Source of the DNA: a virus
Lineage: Duplodnaviria > Caudoviricetes
Virus record (IMG/VR): IMGVR_UViG_3300038336_000120
Location: 1-43,415 of that record
Reading direction: 5' to 3' (one strand)
Length of the DNA: 43,415 nucleotides
In this document: positions 8,813-18,127 of the stretch, in pieces
How positions within the stretch are numbered: position 1 is the first letter of the stretch
Layout: each line of letters opens with the position of its first letter
Translations under genes and position numbers: made by a program
Notes under the pieces: model-generated
The model's input: the letters and a program-made list of their open reading frames with translations, nothing else
What the model was told of the DNA's origin: nothing
Databases searched by the model: none

Positions 8813-9325
8813 ATGGCACGTTTTGACACGTCCTTTGACGCGACCAGCGTCGAACCCACCACCCCCTACGAGTTGCTGCCCGCTGGCAAATACCGGGCAC
8901 AGATCGTGGAAAGCGAGATGCGCGTCACGCGCAACGGCATGGGCCAGTTTCTCTGGCTCATGCTCGATATCCTCGATGGCGAACACAAGGGCCGGAAGAT
9001 TTTCGATCAGCTGAACCTGGTGAACCCGAACCCGACCACCGTGGAAATCGCGCAGCGCACGCTGTCGGCCATCTGCCATGCGACGGGCAAGATGCATGTC
9101 AGCGACAGCGAGGAGCTGCACCTGATCCCGATGACGATCCAGGTGAAGATCAAACCGCCGAAGAACGGCTACGGCGAGAGCAACGCCATCGCCTACCTGC
9201 CGCCTGAACGTGGGACAGCCGCGGTGCGCGTCGCAAAGCCTGCTGCAACCCCCGCAGCGTCGCCCGCCATGCAGACCGCTGCGCCCGTCAAGATGGCCTC
9301 CGCTCCCTGGAACAAGAAGGGCTGA
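8813..9325 (+). CDS. DUF669-family single-stranded DNA-binding protein
   Basis: LLPAGKYRAQIVESE, GEHKGRKIFDQLNL, Ala/Pro-rich tail ending APW. Confidence 0.8.
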   Translation: MARFDTSFDATSVEPTTPYELLPAGKYRAQIVESEMRVTRNGMGQFLWLMLDILDGEHKGRKIFDQLNLVNPNPTTVEIAQRTLSAICHATGKMHVSDSEELHLIPMTIQVKIKPPKNGYGESNAIAYLPPERGTAAVRVAKPAATPAASPAMQTAAPVKMASAPWNKKG

Positions 9326-9331
9326 TCTGCC

Positions 9332-9366
9332 GCGCCGCCCTGTCCTCCTGACGGACGGGGCGGTGC
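9332..9366 (+). other. GC-rich intergenic hairpin (stability or attenuation element)
   Basis: GCGCCGCCCTGTCC-7nt-GGACGGGGCGGTGC 14-bp stem, no U-tract. Confidence 0.5.
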
Positions 9367-9390
9367 TCAACCCCATCTGAGGAAACTCCC

Positions 9391-9753
9391 ATGACCGATC
9401 TGACCAACGCGGCCCCCGTGGCCGTGATCAACCCCGACTTGCCTGATGACCCGCGCCGGTTGATCGAACTCGACGATGCCATTGCCAAGATCCGGACCCA
9501 GATTGCGACTGCCGATCTGGCGCGTCAGCGGGGCCTCAAGCCCATCGACCCGGACTGGTTCCACCGCGCGCGCACCGCCCTGCGCCATCTCAGCCGCGAG
9601 CGCGCCGAATTGCTTGCCAAGGGGACAGGTCGCCGCCGCCGCGAGAAGCTGAAGGACGCCCTGATCGACGTTTTGCGCGCACGGCACGACCCTGAAACCT
9701 GGAACGGCATTCTGGCCGAGGCACAGGCCCGCAGCGAACGGGAGGGTCTGTGA
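9391..9753 (+). CDS. Hypothetical protein
   Basis: GAGG RBS, helical 120 aa, coupled to the downstream gene. Confidence 0.7.
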   Translation: MTDLTNAAPVAVINPDLPDDPRRLIELDDAIAKIRTQIATADLARQRGLKPIDPDWFHRARTALRHLSRERAELLAKGTGRRRREKLKDALIDVLRARHDPETWNGILAEAQARSEREGL

Positions 9754-10697
9754 TGGCGGATCTTCCTCCTGCAGCGACGCCAACGCTGACGGCGATCCAT
9801 GCCGATTACGAGGCCCGCCAGGGAGATTGCTTTCGCGATCACCTTGGCGCGTCGATCATCGGCAAATCCTGCGCCCGGGCGCTCTGGTATGATTTCCGCT
9901 GGGTGACGCCATCCCATCATTCCGGCCGCCTGCTGCGCCTCTTTGAAACCGGGCAGCTGGAAGAGGACCGGCTGGTCCGCAACCTGCGCGCCACCGGCGC
10001 AACCGTGCTTGAGGTCGATCCGGAGACGGGGCGCCAGTTTCGCGTCGAGGCCCACGGCGGGCATTTCGGGGGCTCGCTCGATGGGGTCGCCATTGGCCTC
10101 TTGGAAGCGCCCAAGACCTGGCACGTGCTGGAGTTCAAGACCCACTCCGCCAAGAGCTTTGCGGATCTGACTGCCAAAGGGGTGGTGCTGTCCAAGCCCC
10201 AGCATGCCGCGCAGATGCAGGTGTACATGCACCTGACGGGCATCACGCGCGCCTTCTATGTCGCCGTCTGCAAGGACACCGATGCTCTGCATATTGAGCG
10301 CATCGAGGCCGACGGCGCGATGGCAGAACGCCTGCTCGAGAAAGCCGGTCGGGTCATCTTCGCCCAGCACCCCCCGGCGCGGATCAGCGAGGACCCGGCC
10401 TGGTTCGAATGCCGGTTCTGCGATCACCATGCCTTCTGCCACGATGGTGGCGGGGCGGCCGTGACCTGTCGGTCGTGCCTGCATTCCACCGCCGTGGACG
10501 GCGGGTGGCATTGCGTCCGTAACGACCGGATGCTCGCGCCGCCTGAACAGCGCGCGGCCTGTCATCGGCATCTTTTCATCCCCGATCTCGTCCCCGGCGA
10601 GGTCATCGATGCGGGCGAGGACGCCGTCTCCTACCGCATGGCCGATGGCTCCACCTGGACAAACGACGCCCGCACTCCGGAGGCCTCCGCATGCTAA
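9750..10697 (+). CDS. Cas4/AddB-like PD-(D/E)XK exonuclease with Fe-S cysteines
   Basis: GKSCAR...GSLDG...LEFKT...QMQVYM...CRFCDHHAFC, plus a second Cys cluster CRSC...C...C. Confidence 0.85.
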   Translation: MMADLPPAATPTLTAIHADYEARQGDCFRDHLGASIIGKSCARALWYDFRWVTPSHHSGRLLRLFETGQLEEDRLVRNLRATGATVLEVDPETGRQFRVEAHGGHFGGSLDGVAIGLLEAPKTWHVLEFKTHSAKSFADLTAKGVVLSKPQHAAQMQVYMHLTGITRAFYVAVCKDTDALHIERIEADGAMAERLLEKAGRVIFAQHPPARISEDPAWFECRFCDHHAFCHDGGGAAVTCRSCLHSTAVDGGWHCVRNDRMLAPPEQRAACHRHLFIPDLVPGEVIDAGEDAVSYRMADGSTWTNDARTPEASAC

Positions 10698-12430
10698 CCT
10701 TGCGCCCCTATCAACAGGCCGCGATCACCGCGATCTACGGCTATTTCCAGAACAGCACCGGCAATCCGCTGGTGGTCATTCCGACGGCGGGCGGCAAGTC
10801 GCTTGTCATGGCTGCCTTCATCGAGGGCGTGCTGAAGGCTTGGCCCGATCAGCGCATCCTGATCGTCACCCATGTCCGCGAACTGATCGCTCAGAACCAT
10901 GCCGAAATGATCGGCCTCTGGCCCGAGGCCCCTGCGGGGATCTATTCGGCGGGCTTGGGCAAGCGCGAGGCGCAGGCCCGCATCCTCTTCGCCGGCATAC
11001 AGTCCATCCACCGCCGCGCACAGGAAATCGGCCATACCGATCTGGTTCTGATCGACGAGGCCCACCTGATACCGGGCAACTCGAGCACGATGTATCGCCG
11101 CTTCCTCGACGGGCTGGCGCAGATCAATCAGGCGCTCAAGGTGATCGGGCTGACCGCCACGCCGTTCCGGCTCGACAGCGGCATGCTGCATGAAGGCAAA
11201 TCGGCGCTGTTCACTGACATCGCCTATGAAGCCCCGGTGCGCGATCTGATCGACGCTGGCTATCTAAGCCCTTTGGTCTCGAAACAGCCCGCGACCCGGC
11301 TCGATGTCTCCAAGGTCGGCACTCGCGCCGGTGACTTCATTCAGCGTGATCTGGCGGCAGCGGTCGACCAGGAGGCCATCACCCGCTCGGCGGTCACCGA
11401 GATCATCGAACACGGGCGCGAGCGGAAGTCATGGCTGGCCTTCTGTTCGGGCGTCGAGCACGCGCGCCATGTGGCCGAGGAGTTCGGCCGGCGGGGCATC
11501 ACCTGCAGCACCATATTCGGCGACACGCCGAAGGAGGAGCGTGATGCGATCATCGCCGCCTTCAAGCGCGGCGAAATCCGCGCGCTGGCCTCGATGGGGG
11601 TGCTGACCACCGGATTCAACGCGCCGGGCGTCGATCTGATCGCGCTGCTGCGCCCCACGAAATCCGCCGGGCTCTATGTGCAGATGGTCGGCAGGGGCAC
11701 GCGCCTTGCGTCTGGCAAGGAGAACTGTCTGGTCCTGGACTTCGCCGGAAATGTCCGCCGCCACGGGCCCATCGATCTGGTGCGTCCGAAACGCCCTGGC
11801 GAAGCTGGCGGCGGCGAGGCGCCTACCAAGGTCTGTCCGGTGTGCGAAAGCATCATCGCGCTTTCGGCGACGGAATGTCCGGACTGCGGCTACGAGTTTC
11901 CGGCCTGCATGGTGAAAATCGCCCCCACCGCCGCCACGCTGCCGGTCCTCTCCCCGAAAGGGCCGCAATGGCTACAGGTCTCAGGCGTTTCCTACAGCCG
12001 CCACGACAAGCTGGGCGGGCTGCCTTCGCTGAAGGTGACCTACAGCTGCGGGCTCACATCCTACAGCGAATGGGTCTGCATCGAGCATCAGGGGTACGCG
12101 CGCCAGAAGGCGGCCGAGTGGTGGCGCAAGCGCGCGCCGGGCTGCCCTGTGCCGCTCAGCGTCGATGAAGCCATCGCGCAAACGGCACGGCTTGCACGCC
12201 CCAGCGACATCTCGGTCCGCCCCTCGGGCAGGTACTTTGAAATCTCTGACCACAGGTTCGCCTCATGCGCCCATCCCACCCCGGTCTCTGCGCCGTCTGC
12301 CACCGGCAACCTCGCGGCTTTGGCTGGTTCAACGCAGGTTATCGGCTCGCCGACGCGCGGCGCGACACCAGCCGCAAGCACCTCTGCAGCCGCGCCTGCC
12401 AGGACATCTGCCATGGGAGGAAGGGCATGA
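10691..12430 (+). CDS. SF2 DEAH helicase (RadD/YejH-like) with Zn finger
   Basis: LRPYQ, PTAGGKS, DEAH, TATP, QMVGRGTR, CPVC...CPDC. Confidence 0.92.
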   Translation: MLTLRPYQQAAITAIYGYFQNSTGNPLVVIPTAGGKSLVMAAFIEGVLKAWPDQRILIVTHVRELIAQNHAEMIGLWPEAPAGIYSAGLGKREAQARILFAGIQSIHRRAQEIGHTDLVLIDEAHLIPGNSSTMYRRFLDGLAQINQALKVIGLTATPFRLDSGMLHEGKSALFTDIAYEAPVRDLIDAGYLSPLVSKQPATRLDVSKVGTRAGDFIQRDLAAAVDQEAITRSAVTEIIEHGRERKSWLAFCSGVEHARHVAEEFGRRGITCSTIFGDTPKEERDAIIAAFKRGEIRALASMGVLTTGFNAPGVDLIALLRPTKSAGLYVQMVGRGTRLASGKENCLVLDFAGNVRRHGPIDLVRPKRPGEAGGGEAPTKVCPVCESIIALSATECPDCGYEFPACMVKIAPTAATLPVLSPKGPQWLQVSGVSYSRHDKLGGLPSLKVTYSCGLTSYSEWVCIEHQGYARQKAAEWWRKRAPGCPVPLSVDEAIAQTARLARPSDISVRPSGRYFEISDHRFASCAHPTPVSAPSATGNLAALAGSTQVIGSPTRGATPAASTSAAAPARTSAMGGRA

Positions 12431-12651
12431 TCGATCCGACTCCTAATGAAGCCGAGGCGATGACGGTCGGCGGCAAACAAGGCGGCGAATACCTCGAAAG
12501 CATCGACAGATCCGATCTCGCCACCCTCACCGAGACCGAGTGGGACCGCTTCATCGACGCGGTTGTCACCGGATATTGCGACCACCTGCGCGCGCTTGCG
12601 GACAAGGACCGCGGTCGGCTCGACGCCATGACACCGGAGGTGCCCTTCTGA
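12265..12651 (+). CDS. DUF6511-like small protein with N-terminal Cys cluster
   Basis: CAVC...CSRACQDIC then MIDPTPNE...EVPF; alternative start ATG 12427; overlaps the helicase tail. Confidence 0.65.
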   Translation: MRPSHPGLCAVCHRQPRGFGWFNAGYRLADARRDTSRKHLCSRACQDICHGRKGMIDPTPNEAEAMTVGGKQGGEYLESIDRSDLATLTETEWDRFIDAVVTGYCDHLRALADKDRGRLDAMTPEVPF

Positions 12652-14969
12652 TGGCTGACACATCCTGGATGGCGCGCTTTGGCGCGCGGCTCGTCACCAA
12701 CGGCTATGCCATTCTGCCGATCGGCCCGGGCACGAAAAAGCCCGGGCAGTTCAAGCGGGGTGCATGGACCGATTACCCGGAATGGAACCGCCACACTGAG
12801 CGCGCCACCACGGATGTTGAGGTCTCGACATGGTCCAGCTGGCCCGATTGCGGGATCGGCATCGTTGGCGGCGCGGTCGCGGCGGTCGATATCGATATCG
12901 TCGAGAATGCCGAACTGGCCTTGCAGATCGAGCAGCTGGCCCGCGCGAGGCTGGGCGATACGCCTGCCTTGCGCATCGGCCGGGCCCCTAAACGGATGCT
13001 GGTCTATCGCGCTGCGCAGCCGTTTCGCGGGATCAAGCGTCATCCGCTGGAAATACTGTGCCTCGGGCAGCAGTTCCTGGCCTATGCCACCCACCCCGAT
13101 ACCGGTGCGCCCTATGTCTGGCCCGATGAGGCGCTGGCGGACATCGACATCAGCGATCTGCCGGAGATCACGGCCGAAGCGGCTGCCGCTTTCCTCGACG
13201 AGGCCTACGCGCTTCTGCCCGAGGCCCTGCGCCAGCGGGGTCTTTCGCTGGTCACATCCGCGACTGACCATCTGCGCAGCCACAGCCAGATCGGCACCTT
13301 GTCCGCCATCAGCGCGGCGCTGGGCTGGTTGCCCAATACAGAACTTGACTACGACAGCTGGATGCGGATCGGCATGGCGCTGAAAGGCGCGCTCGGTGAC
13401 GCTGGCGCAGATCTCTTTGGCGAGTGGTCCGCGCAGGCTGCCAAGGACATGCCCGCGACCACGGCCAAAGCCTGGGCCAGCTTCAAGCCCGACCGGATCG
13501 GCGCGGGCACGATCTACCATCTCGCCATGGAGCGCGGGTGGCAGCCGGAACCTGAGCTACGCCTCGATGGCAGCGTGATGGATGCAAACGAGCACCCTGC
13601 GGCGGGGCTCCTGTCGCGGCTGGACGTCGCGACCGTAGAACCTGCGCTGCCCACACCGGCGCCAGCCTATTCGCTGATCATCCCAGACGGTCTGGTGGGG
13701 AATCTGACCGAGTACATGCTGACCACCGCCCGGCGTCCGCAGCCATTGCTGTCGCTCGGGGCCAGCCTCTGCGCCATCGGCGCGCTGATGGGGCGGCAAT
13801 ACCGGACGGAGAGCAACCTGCGCTCGAACCTCTATGTCGTGGGGATCGCCGACAGCGGATCGGGCAAGAACCACGCCCGCGAGATCATCAACGAGGTCTT
13901 CTTCGAGGCGGGCCTCGCCCATCACCTCGGCGGCAACAAGATCGCCTCCGGTGCAGGGCTTCTGACCGCGCTGCACCGCCAGCCCGCGATCCTGTTCCAG
14001 ATCGACGAGTTCGGCATGTTCCTCGCGGCAGCCGCCGACCGCAAGCGCAGCCCCCGCCACATCACCGAGATCCTCGACAACATGACCGAGCTCTTCACGG
14101 CCGCAGGCGGCATCTTCCTTGGCGCGGAATACGCCAACCGCGACGGCTCGAACGAGCGGCGCGACATCGTCCAACCCTGCCTCTGCGTCTACGGCACCAC
14201 GACCCCGCTGCACTTCTGGGGCGCATTGCAGGGGGCAAACGTGGTCGACGGCTCGCTTGCCCGCTTCCTGATCCTGCCCAGCGACGAGGATTACCCGGAC
14301 GAGAACATCACCGTGGGAATCCGGCAGGCACCGCCAGCGCTGATCCACGGATTGCAGGGCGTGGCCGCTGGGGGTGGCCACCAGAAGGGCAATCTTGCGG
14401 GCAAGACGGCCGATCAGAACACGACTGTAAATCCGACTATCGTGCCAATGACCGATGAAGCGAGGGCGCGTTTCAAGGCGCTGAGTGCCGAATTGACGGT
14501 GGAGTTGCGGGCTGCAGCCGGGACGGCCTTCACGGCGATCCTGGCGCGCATTGGTGAGAACGCGTTGAAGCTGGCTCTGATCGTCGCGGTCGGGCGCGAC
14601 CCGGCAAAACCCGAGATCGACCTCTCGGCAGCGGACTGGGCTATCGACTTCGTGCGCCACTATGCACGGAAGACCATGGAAGCTGTTGAGCGCCATGTGG
14701 CAGATACGGAGATCGAGGCCCACGTGAAACGGCTCAAGGAGGTCATCCGCGCCGCAGGGGCGAACGGGATCACCAAGTCGGAAATCACGCGTGCCTCCCA
14801 GTGGCTGAAATCTCGTGATCGCGACGAGATCCTGCTCACCCTGATCGAAACCGGGGACGTCACGACGGGCATGCGAGGATCATCGACGCGGCAGGCCATG
14901 GTCTACCGGATGGCCCGCTGGATGGGCCCCTGGCGAGATGCTTCAGGGCGCAAAATCAATCAGAAGTAA
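12651..14969 (+). CDS. Bifunctional primase-polymerase / PriCT-2 / DUF3987 helicase
   Basis: Prim-pol AVDID, PriCT-2 YDSWMRIGMALK...WASFK, Walker A GIADSGSGKN, Walker B ILFQIDE; start coupled TGATG at 12651. Confidence 0.9.
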   Translation: MADTSWMARFGARLVTNGYAILPIGPGTKKPGQFKRGAWTDYPEWNRHTERATTDVEVSTWSSWPDCGIGIVGGAVAAVDIDIVENAELALQIEQLARARLGDTPALRIGRAPKRMLVYRAAQPFRGIKRHPLEILCLGQQFLAYATHPDTGAPYVWPDEALADIDISDLPEITAEAAAAFLDEAYALLPEALRQRGLSLVTSATDHLRSHSQIGTLSAISAALGWLPNTELDYDSWMRIGMALKGALGDAGADLFGEWSAQAAKDMPATTAKAWASFKPDRIGAGTIYHLAMERGWQPEPELRLDGSVMDANEHPAAGLLSRLDVATVEPALPTPAPAYSLIIPDGLVGNLTEYMLTTARRPQPLLSLGASLCAIGALMGRQYRTESNLRSNLYVVGIADSGSGKNHAREIINEVFFEAGLAHHLGGNKIASGAGLLTALHRQPAILFQIDEFGMFLAAAADRKRSPRHITEILDNMTELFTAAGGIFLGAEYANRDGSNERRDIVQPCLCVYGTTTPLHFWGALQGANVVDGSLARFLILPSDEDYPDENITVGIRQAPPALIHGLQGVAAGGGHQKGNLAGKTADQNTTVNPTIVPMTDEARARFKALSAELTVELRAAAGTAFTAILARIGENALKLALIVAVGRDPAKPEIDLSAADWAIDFVRHYARKTMEAVERHVADTEIEAHVKRLKEVIRAAGANGITKSEITRASQWLKSRDRDEILLTLIETGDVTTGMRGSSTRQAMVYRMARWMGPWRDASGRKINQK

Positions 14970-15190
14970 CAGTAATGCCGCCTAACTGTATGGAAGATAA
15001 GCGAAAAGCCCATTCCTTCACATTCTTCAATCTTTCAAGAGGATACCTATACCCCTTGCGTGTTTGCGCGCGCGATTAGAAATAGAGAGACACCCTTTAT
15101 GACTATATAATAATTGAATAATTATATATTATAGAGACTAGGCAAGAGGTTAGCGGCTCCAATCCTTCACGGGGGGACCTTGAAGCCCAA
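14970..15190. other. Putative replication origin (AT-rich, short CTTCA repeats)
   Basis: CATTCCTTCA CATTCTTCA ATCTTTCAA tandem at 15011-15038; TATATAAT/ATTATATA inverted repeat 15104-15128; lies right after the primase-helicase. Confidence 0.5.
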
Positions 15191-15320
15191 GAAGTATTCG
15201 CAGCGCGACCCGATCGCCCTGCGCCTGACGTGACCAGACCACCCTTCGGGGCCTGGCGAGACCGCAGCCTTCACCGGCCAGCCCTCTCGCCACGCTCGCC
15301 CAAGCGAAGAGGAGGTCGGC

Positions 15321-15809
15321 ATGGCCGAACCCACACACAACCCGCGCACTATCCTTGCGCTCGATCTTGGAACAACCACCGGCTGGGCCCTGCGCGGCCA
15401 TGACGGTCTGATCACCAGCGGCACCGTGTCCTTCCGCCCCGGCCGCTTCGACGGTGGCGGGATGCGCTATCTGCGCTTCACTGGCTGGCTGACCGAGATC
15501 GACCGGCTGTCCGGCCCGATCGAGGCGATCTGGTTCGAGGAAGTCCGCCGGCATGCAGGCACAGACGCCGCCCACGTCTACGGCGGGCTGATGGCGTCGC
15601 TGACAAGCTGGGGCGAATTGCGCGGCGTGCCCTATCAGGGTGTGCCCGTTGGCACGATCAAACGCCACGCCACCGGTCACGGCAATGCCGACAAGGCCAC
15701 GATGTTCGCCGCTGCCCGGGCGCGGGGCTTCAGCCCTGCCGATGACAACGAGGCAGACGCCATCGCGCTCCTGCTCTGGGCGATCGAAACGAACGGAGGT
15801 GTCGCATGA
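15321..15809 (+). CDS. RuvC-like Holliday junction resolvase
   Basis: ILALDLG, WFEEV, DDNEADAIA acidic residues; GAGGAGG RBS. Confidence 0.8.
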   Translation: MAEPTHNPRTILALDLGTTTGWALRGHDGLITSGTVSFRPGRFDGGGMRYLRFTGWLTEIDRLSGPIEAIWFEEVRRHAGTDAAHVYGGLMASLTSWGELRGVPYQGVPVGTIKRHATGHGNADKATMFAAARARGFSPADDNEADAIALLLWAIETNGGVA

Positions 15810-16006
15810 GATGGCATCCCCACGGTTACGGCGGTCGGCGCCGGGATCCCGAGCAGGTCAAGCGCGAGGGCTGGCAGGAACAGGGCGTCCTCGCGGTCTC
15901 CGCCGATGACGACCGCCTCACCTGGCCCGAGCGTGAACTGGTGCGCCAACTCGGCGAGAAGCTATACGGCCCGCGCCCTTCCGACAGGGAGGCGCGTCAT
16001 GGCTGA
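15806..16006 (+). CDS. Hypothetical protein
   Basis: ATGA-coupled small ORF inside the operon. Confidence 0.65.
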   Translation: MRWHPHGYGGRRRDPEQVKREGWQEQGVLAVSADDDRLTWPERELVRQLGEKLYGPRPSDREARHG

Positions 16007-16376
16007 TCGCGAATGGACCGCCGAGTGCGTCGCCGATCATTTCGAGGAGGCCTTCCGCACGCTGCGCAAGCTGCCCCCCGTGAAGGCGCAGGGCTACTTC
16101 AACACCTGGCCCGACATCGTGCGGACCAGCCGCGAGATCGCGGCGATGGAACCGCAGCCGATGCGGGTCTGGCCCTCGGCCGCCGCGATCACCCGGCTCG
16201 AGCAGACATTCGATTGGGTGCTCTGGATCGAGGAGGCGGAGCGCAAGCTGGTCTGGTCGCGCGCCGCCCGCGTGCCTTGGAAGCAGATCAGTGGCGAGTT
16301 GGGGGTTGATCGTAGCACTGCGTGGAGGAGATGGCAGTTGGCACTCACCAAGATTGCCTCTCGGCTGAATGCATAG
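15999..16376 (+). CDS. DUF6362-like protein, putative late-gene regulator
   Basis: GGGAGG RBS; C-terminal sigma-region-4-like HTH (PWKQISGELGVDRSTAWRRWQLALTKI); last early gene before packaging region. Confidence 0.7.
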   Translation: MADREWTAECVADHFEEAFRTLRKLPPVKAQGYFNTWPDIVRTSREIAAMEPQPMRVWPSAAAITRLEQTFDWVLWIEEAERKLVWSRAARVPWKQISGELGVDRSTAWRRWQLALTKIASRLNA

Positions 16377-16386
16377 CGACTCCAAT

Positions 16387-16421
16387 GTGTTGCAACACTT
16401 TTGTGTTCGACACATGCAACA
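16387..16421. promoter_or_regulatory. Palindromes at the putative late promoter
   Basis: GTGTTGCAACAC perfect palindrome 16387-16398; TGTGT-TCG-ACACA 16402-16414; TGCAACA repeated 24 bp apart. Confidence 0.5.
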
Positions 16422-16445
16422 TATCCGTGCTATCCGTTAGGCATG

Positions 16446-16487
16446 ATGGGGAGAGTGCGTCGGAAGACGGCTCTCCCCGTCCTTTTT
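16446..16487 (+). terminator. Terminator-like hairpin after the putative late promoter
   Basis: GGGGAGAG..CGTC-GGAA-GACG..CTCTCCCC followed by GTCCTTTTT. Confidence 0.6.
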
Positions 16488-16551
16488 GGTGGATACCGGC
16501 ACGGCTTTCTGGCTTCAGCCGGGCATCCAGTCGGCTAACCCACTGATTTTT

Positions 16552-16780
16552 GGTTCCTTCCTAGCCACATTCGTATGCTGGGGGGCGCAGCGCGGCACAT
16601 CGCTAGCGACAGGGCCGGATTTTTGGGAAGCCACCCCCTCGGGAATCCACCCCTGACCACAGAAATATCACAATAAAACAATCGCTTGGCCGGTGGATTC
16701 CGAGGTGGATACCCTGGACTCCCGAAGCCAGAAGAATCCAGCATGGATTCCACAACCGGGGTCCAACCCGGAATCCAGCC
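16552..16780. other. Lambda-like cos packaging region (cosQ/cosN-like + repeats + IHF site)
   Basis: GGTTCCT (16552-16558) about 22 bp before GGGGGGCGCAGCGCGG (16580-16595), mirroring lambda GGGTCCT...GGGCGGCGACCTCGCGG; IHF-like AAACAATCGCTTG 16676-16688; repeated GGAATCCA-type motifs in both orientations. Confidence 0.6.
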
Positions 16781-16804
16781 CATTCTCCAACAGGACGCCC
16801 CAAG

Positions 16805-18127
16805 ATGACCCTCAGCTTCGCCCCGGAGCGCATTGCTCAATGGCCGCTCGCGCGCTTGCAGCCCTATGCCCGCAATGCCAAAACCCATGGCGCGGATCAG
16901 GTTGCGAAGATCGCCGCCAGCATGGCCGAGTTCGGCTGGACCGTGCCCTGCCTCGTGGCCGAGGACGGTGAACTGATCGCAGGGCATGGCCGGGTGCTGG
17001 CTGCCACCCAGCTGGGGCTGACCGAAGCGCCGGTGATCGTGCTGGGGCATCTGACCGAGGCGCAGCGGCGGGCCTACCGGATCGCGGACAATAGATTGAC
17101 CGAGAGCCCGTGGGACGAGGCGCTGCTCTCGGCCGAGTTGAACGACTTGCTGGCCGAGGATTTCGACCTGTCGCTGGTCGGCTTCTCCGATGGCGAGTTG
17201 GACAAACTGCTGGCCTTCGTGCCGGAGGGGGATGGGGAAGAAGGTGGCGCCGGGGGCTCGGTGCCGCCGGTGACCATCCCCGAACCGCCGCGCAACCCGG
17301 CCTCTCGCACCGGCGATCTGTGGATCCTCGGCGATCACCGGCTGCTGTGCGGCGACAGCACCAGCGCACCCGACGTGCGCCGTCTGATGAATGGCGAGCG
17401 GGCAATCCTGTTCGCCACCGATCCACCGTATCTCGTGGATTACGACGGGTCCAACCATCCGACCCGGAACAAGGACTGGTCCGCGTCCTACGGTACGACC
17501 TGGGACGACAGTTCGCAGGGGGCCGAGCTTTACGACGGCTTCATCGCGGCCGCCGTGGCGGAGGCCATCGCCGATGATGCCGCGTGGTATTGCTGGCACG
17601 CGTCGCGCCGCCAGGCGATGCTCGAGGCTTGCTGGGAAAAGGCCGGGGCCTTCGTCCATCAACAGATCATCTGGGTGAAGGACCGCGGGGTTCTGACCCG
17701 GTCGCATTACCTGTGGAAACACGAACCCTGCTTCATGGGCTGGCGCCGCCCGAACCGCCCGCCGAAGGTGGCCGAAGAAACCCTGCCATCGACATGGGCG
17801 CTGCCGAGCTTTGCGAAAGACGACCGCCCCGATCACCCAACCCCGAAACCGCTCGACGCTTTCGGGATCCCGATGCGCCAGCATGTCGCCCGTGGCGGCC
17901 TCTGCTATGAGCCCTTCTCGGGGTCAGGGTCGCAGATCATGGCGGGCGAAACCAACGACCGCCGCGTCTTTGCGATGGAAATCAGCCCGGCCTACGTCGA
18001 TGTCGCCGTGGAGCGTTGGCAGGCCGACACTGGGTTCGAGGCAATTCTCCACGGTGACGGCCGGACTTTCGCGCAGGTGAGGGCCGAGCGGCTGGGTGAT
18101 GCGCCACAAGAGGATGCCGATGCATGA
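16805..18127 (+). CDS. ParB-N-terminal DNA methyltransferase (N6A/N4C, beta class)
   Basis: ParB-like N-terminus (IAGHGRVLAA...IADNRL), catalytic TDPPY, HPTPKP, SAM motif EPFSGSGS. Confidence 0.92.
   Translation: MTLSFAPERIAQWPLARLQPYARNAKTHGADQVAKIAASMAEFGWTVPCLVAEDGELIAGHGRVLAATQLGLTEAPVIVLGHLTEAQRRAYRIADNRLTESPWDEALLSAELNDLLAEDFDLSLVGFSDGELDKLLAFVPEGDGEEGGAGGSVPPVTIPEPPRNPASRTGDLWILGDHRLLCGDSTSAPDVRRLMNGERAILFATDPPYLVDYDGSNHPTRNKDWSASYGTTWDDSSQGAELYDGFIAAAVAEAIADDAAWYCWHASRRQAMLEACWEKAGAFVHQQIIWVKDRGVLTRSHYLWKHEPCFMGWRRPNRPPKVAEETLPSTWALPSFAKDDRPDHPTPKPLDAFGIPMRQHVARGGLCYEPFSGSGSQIMAGETNDRRVFAMEISPAYVDVAVERWQADTGFEAILHGDGRTFAQVRAERLGDAPQEDADA

Noticed and set aside
9750-10697. Cas4-like nuclease as sign of a CRISPR system
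   Set aside because: No cas1/cas2 and no repeat-spacer array seen; its context with Sak4 and SSB indicates a phage recombination exonuclease.
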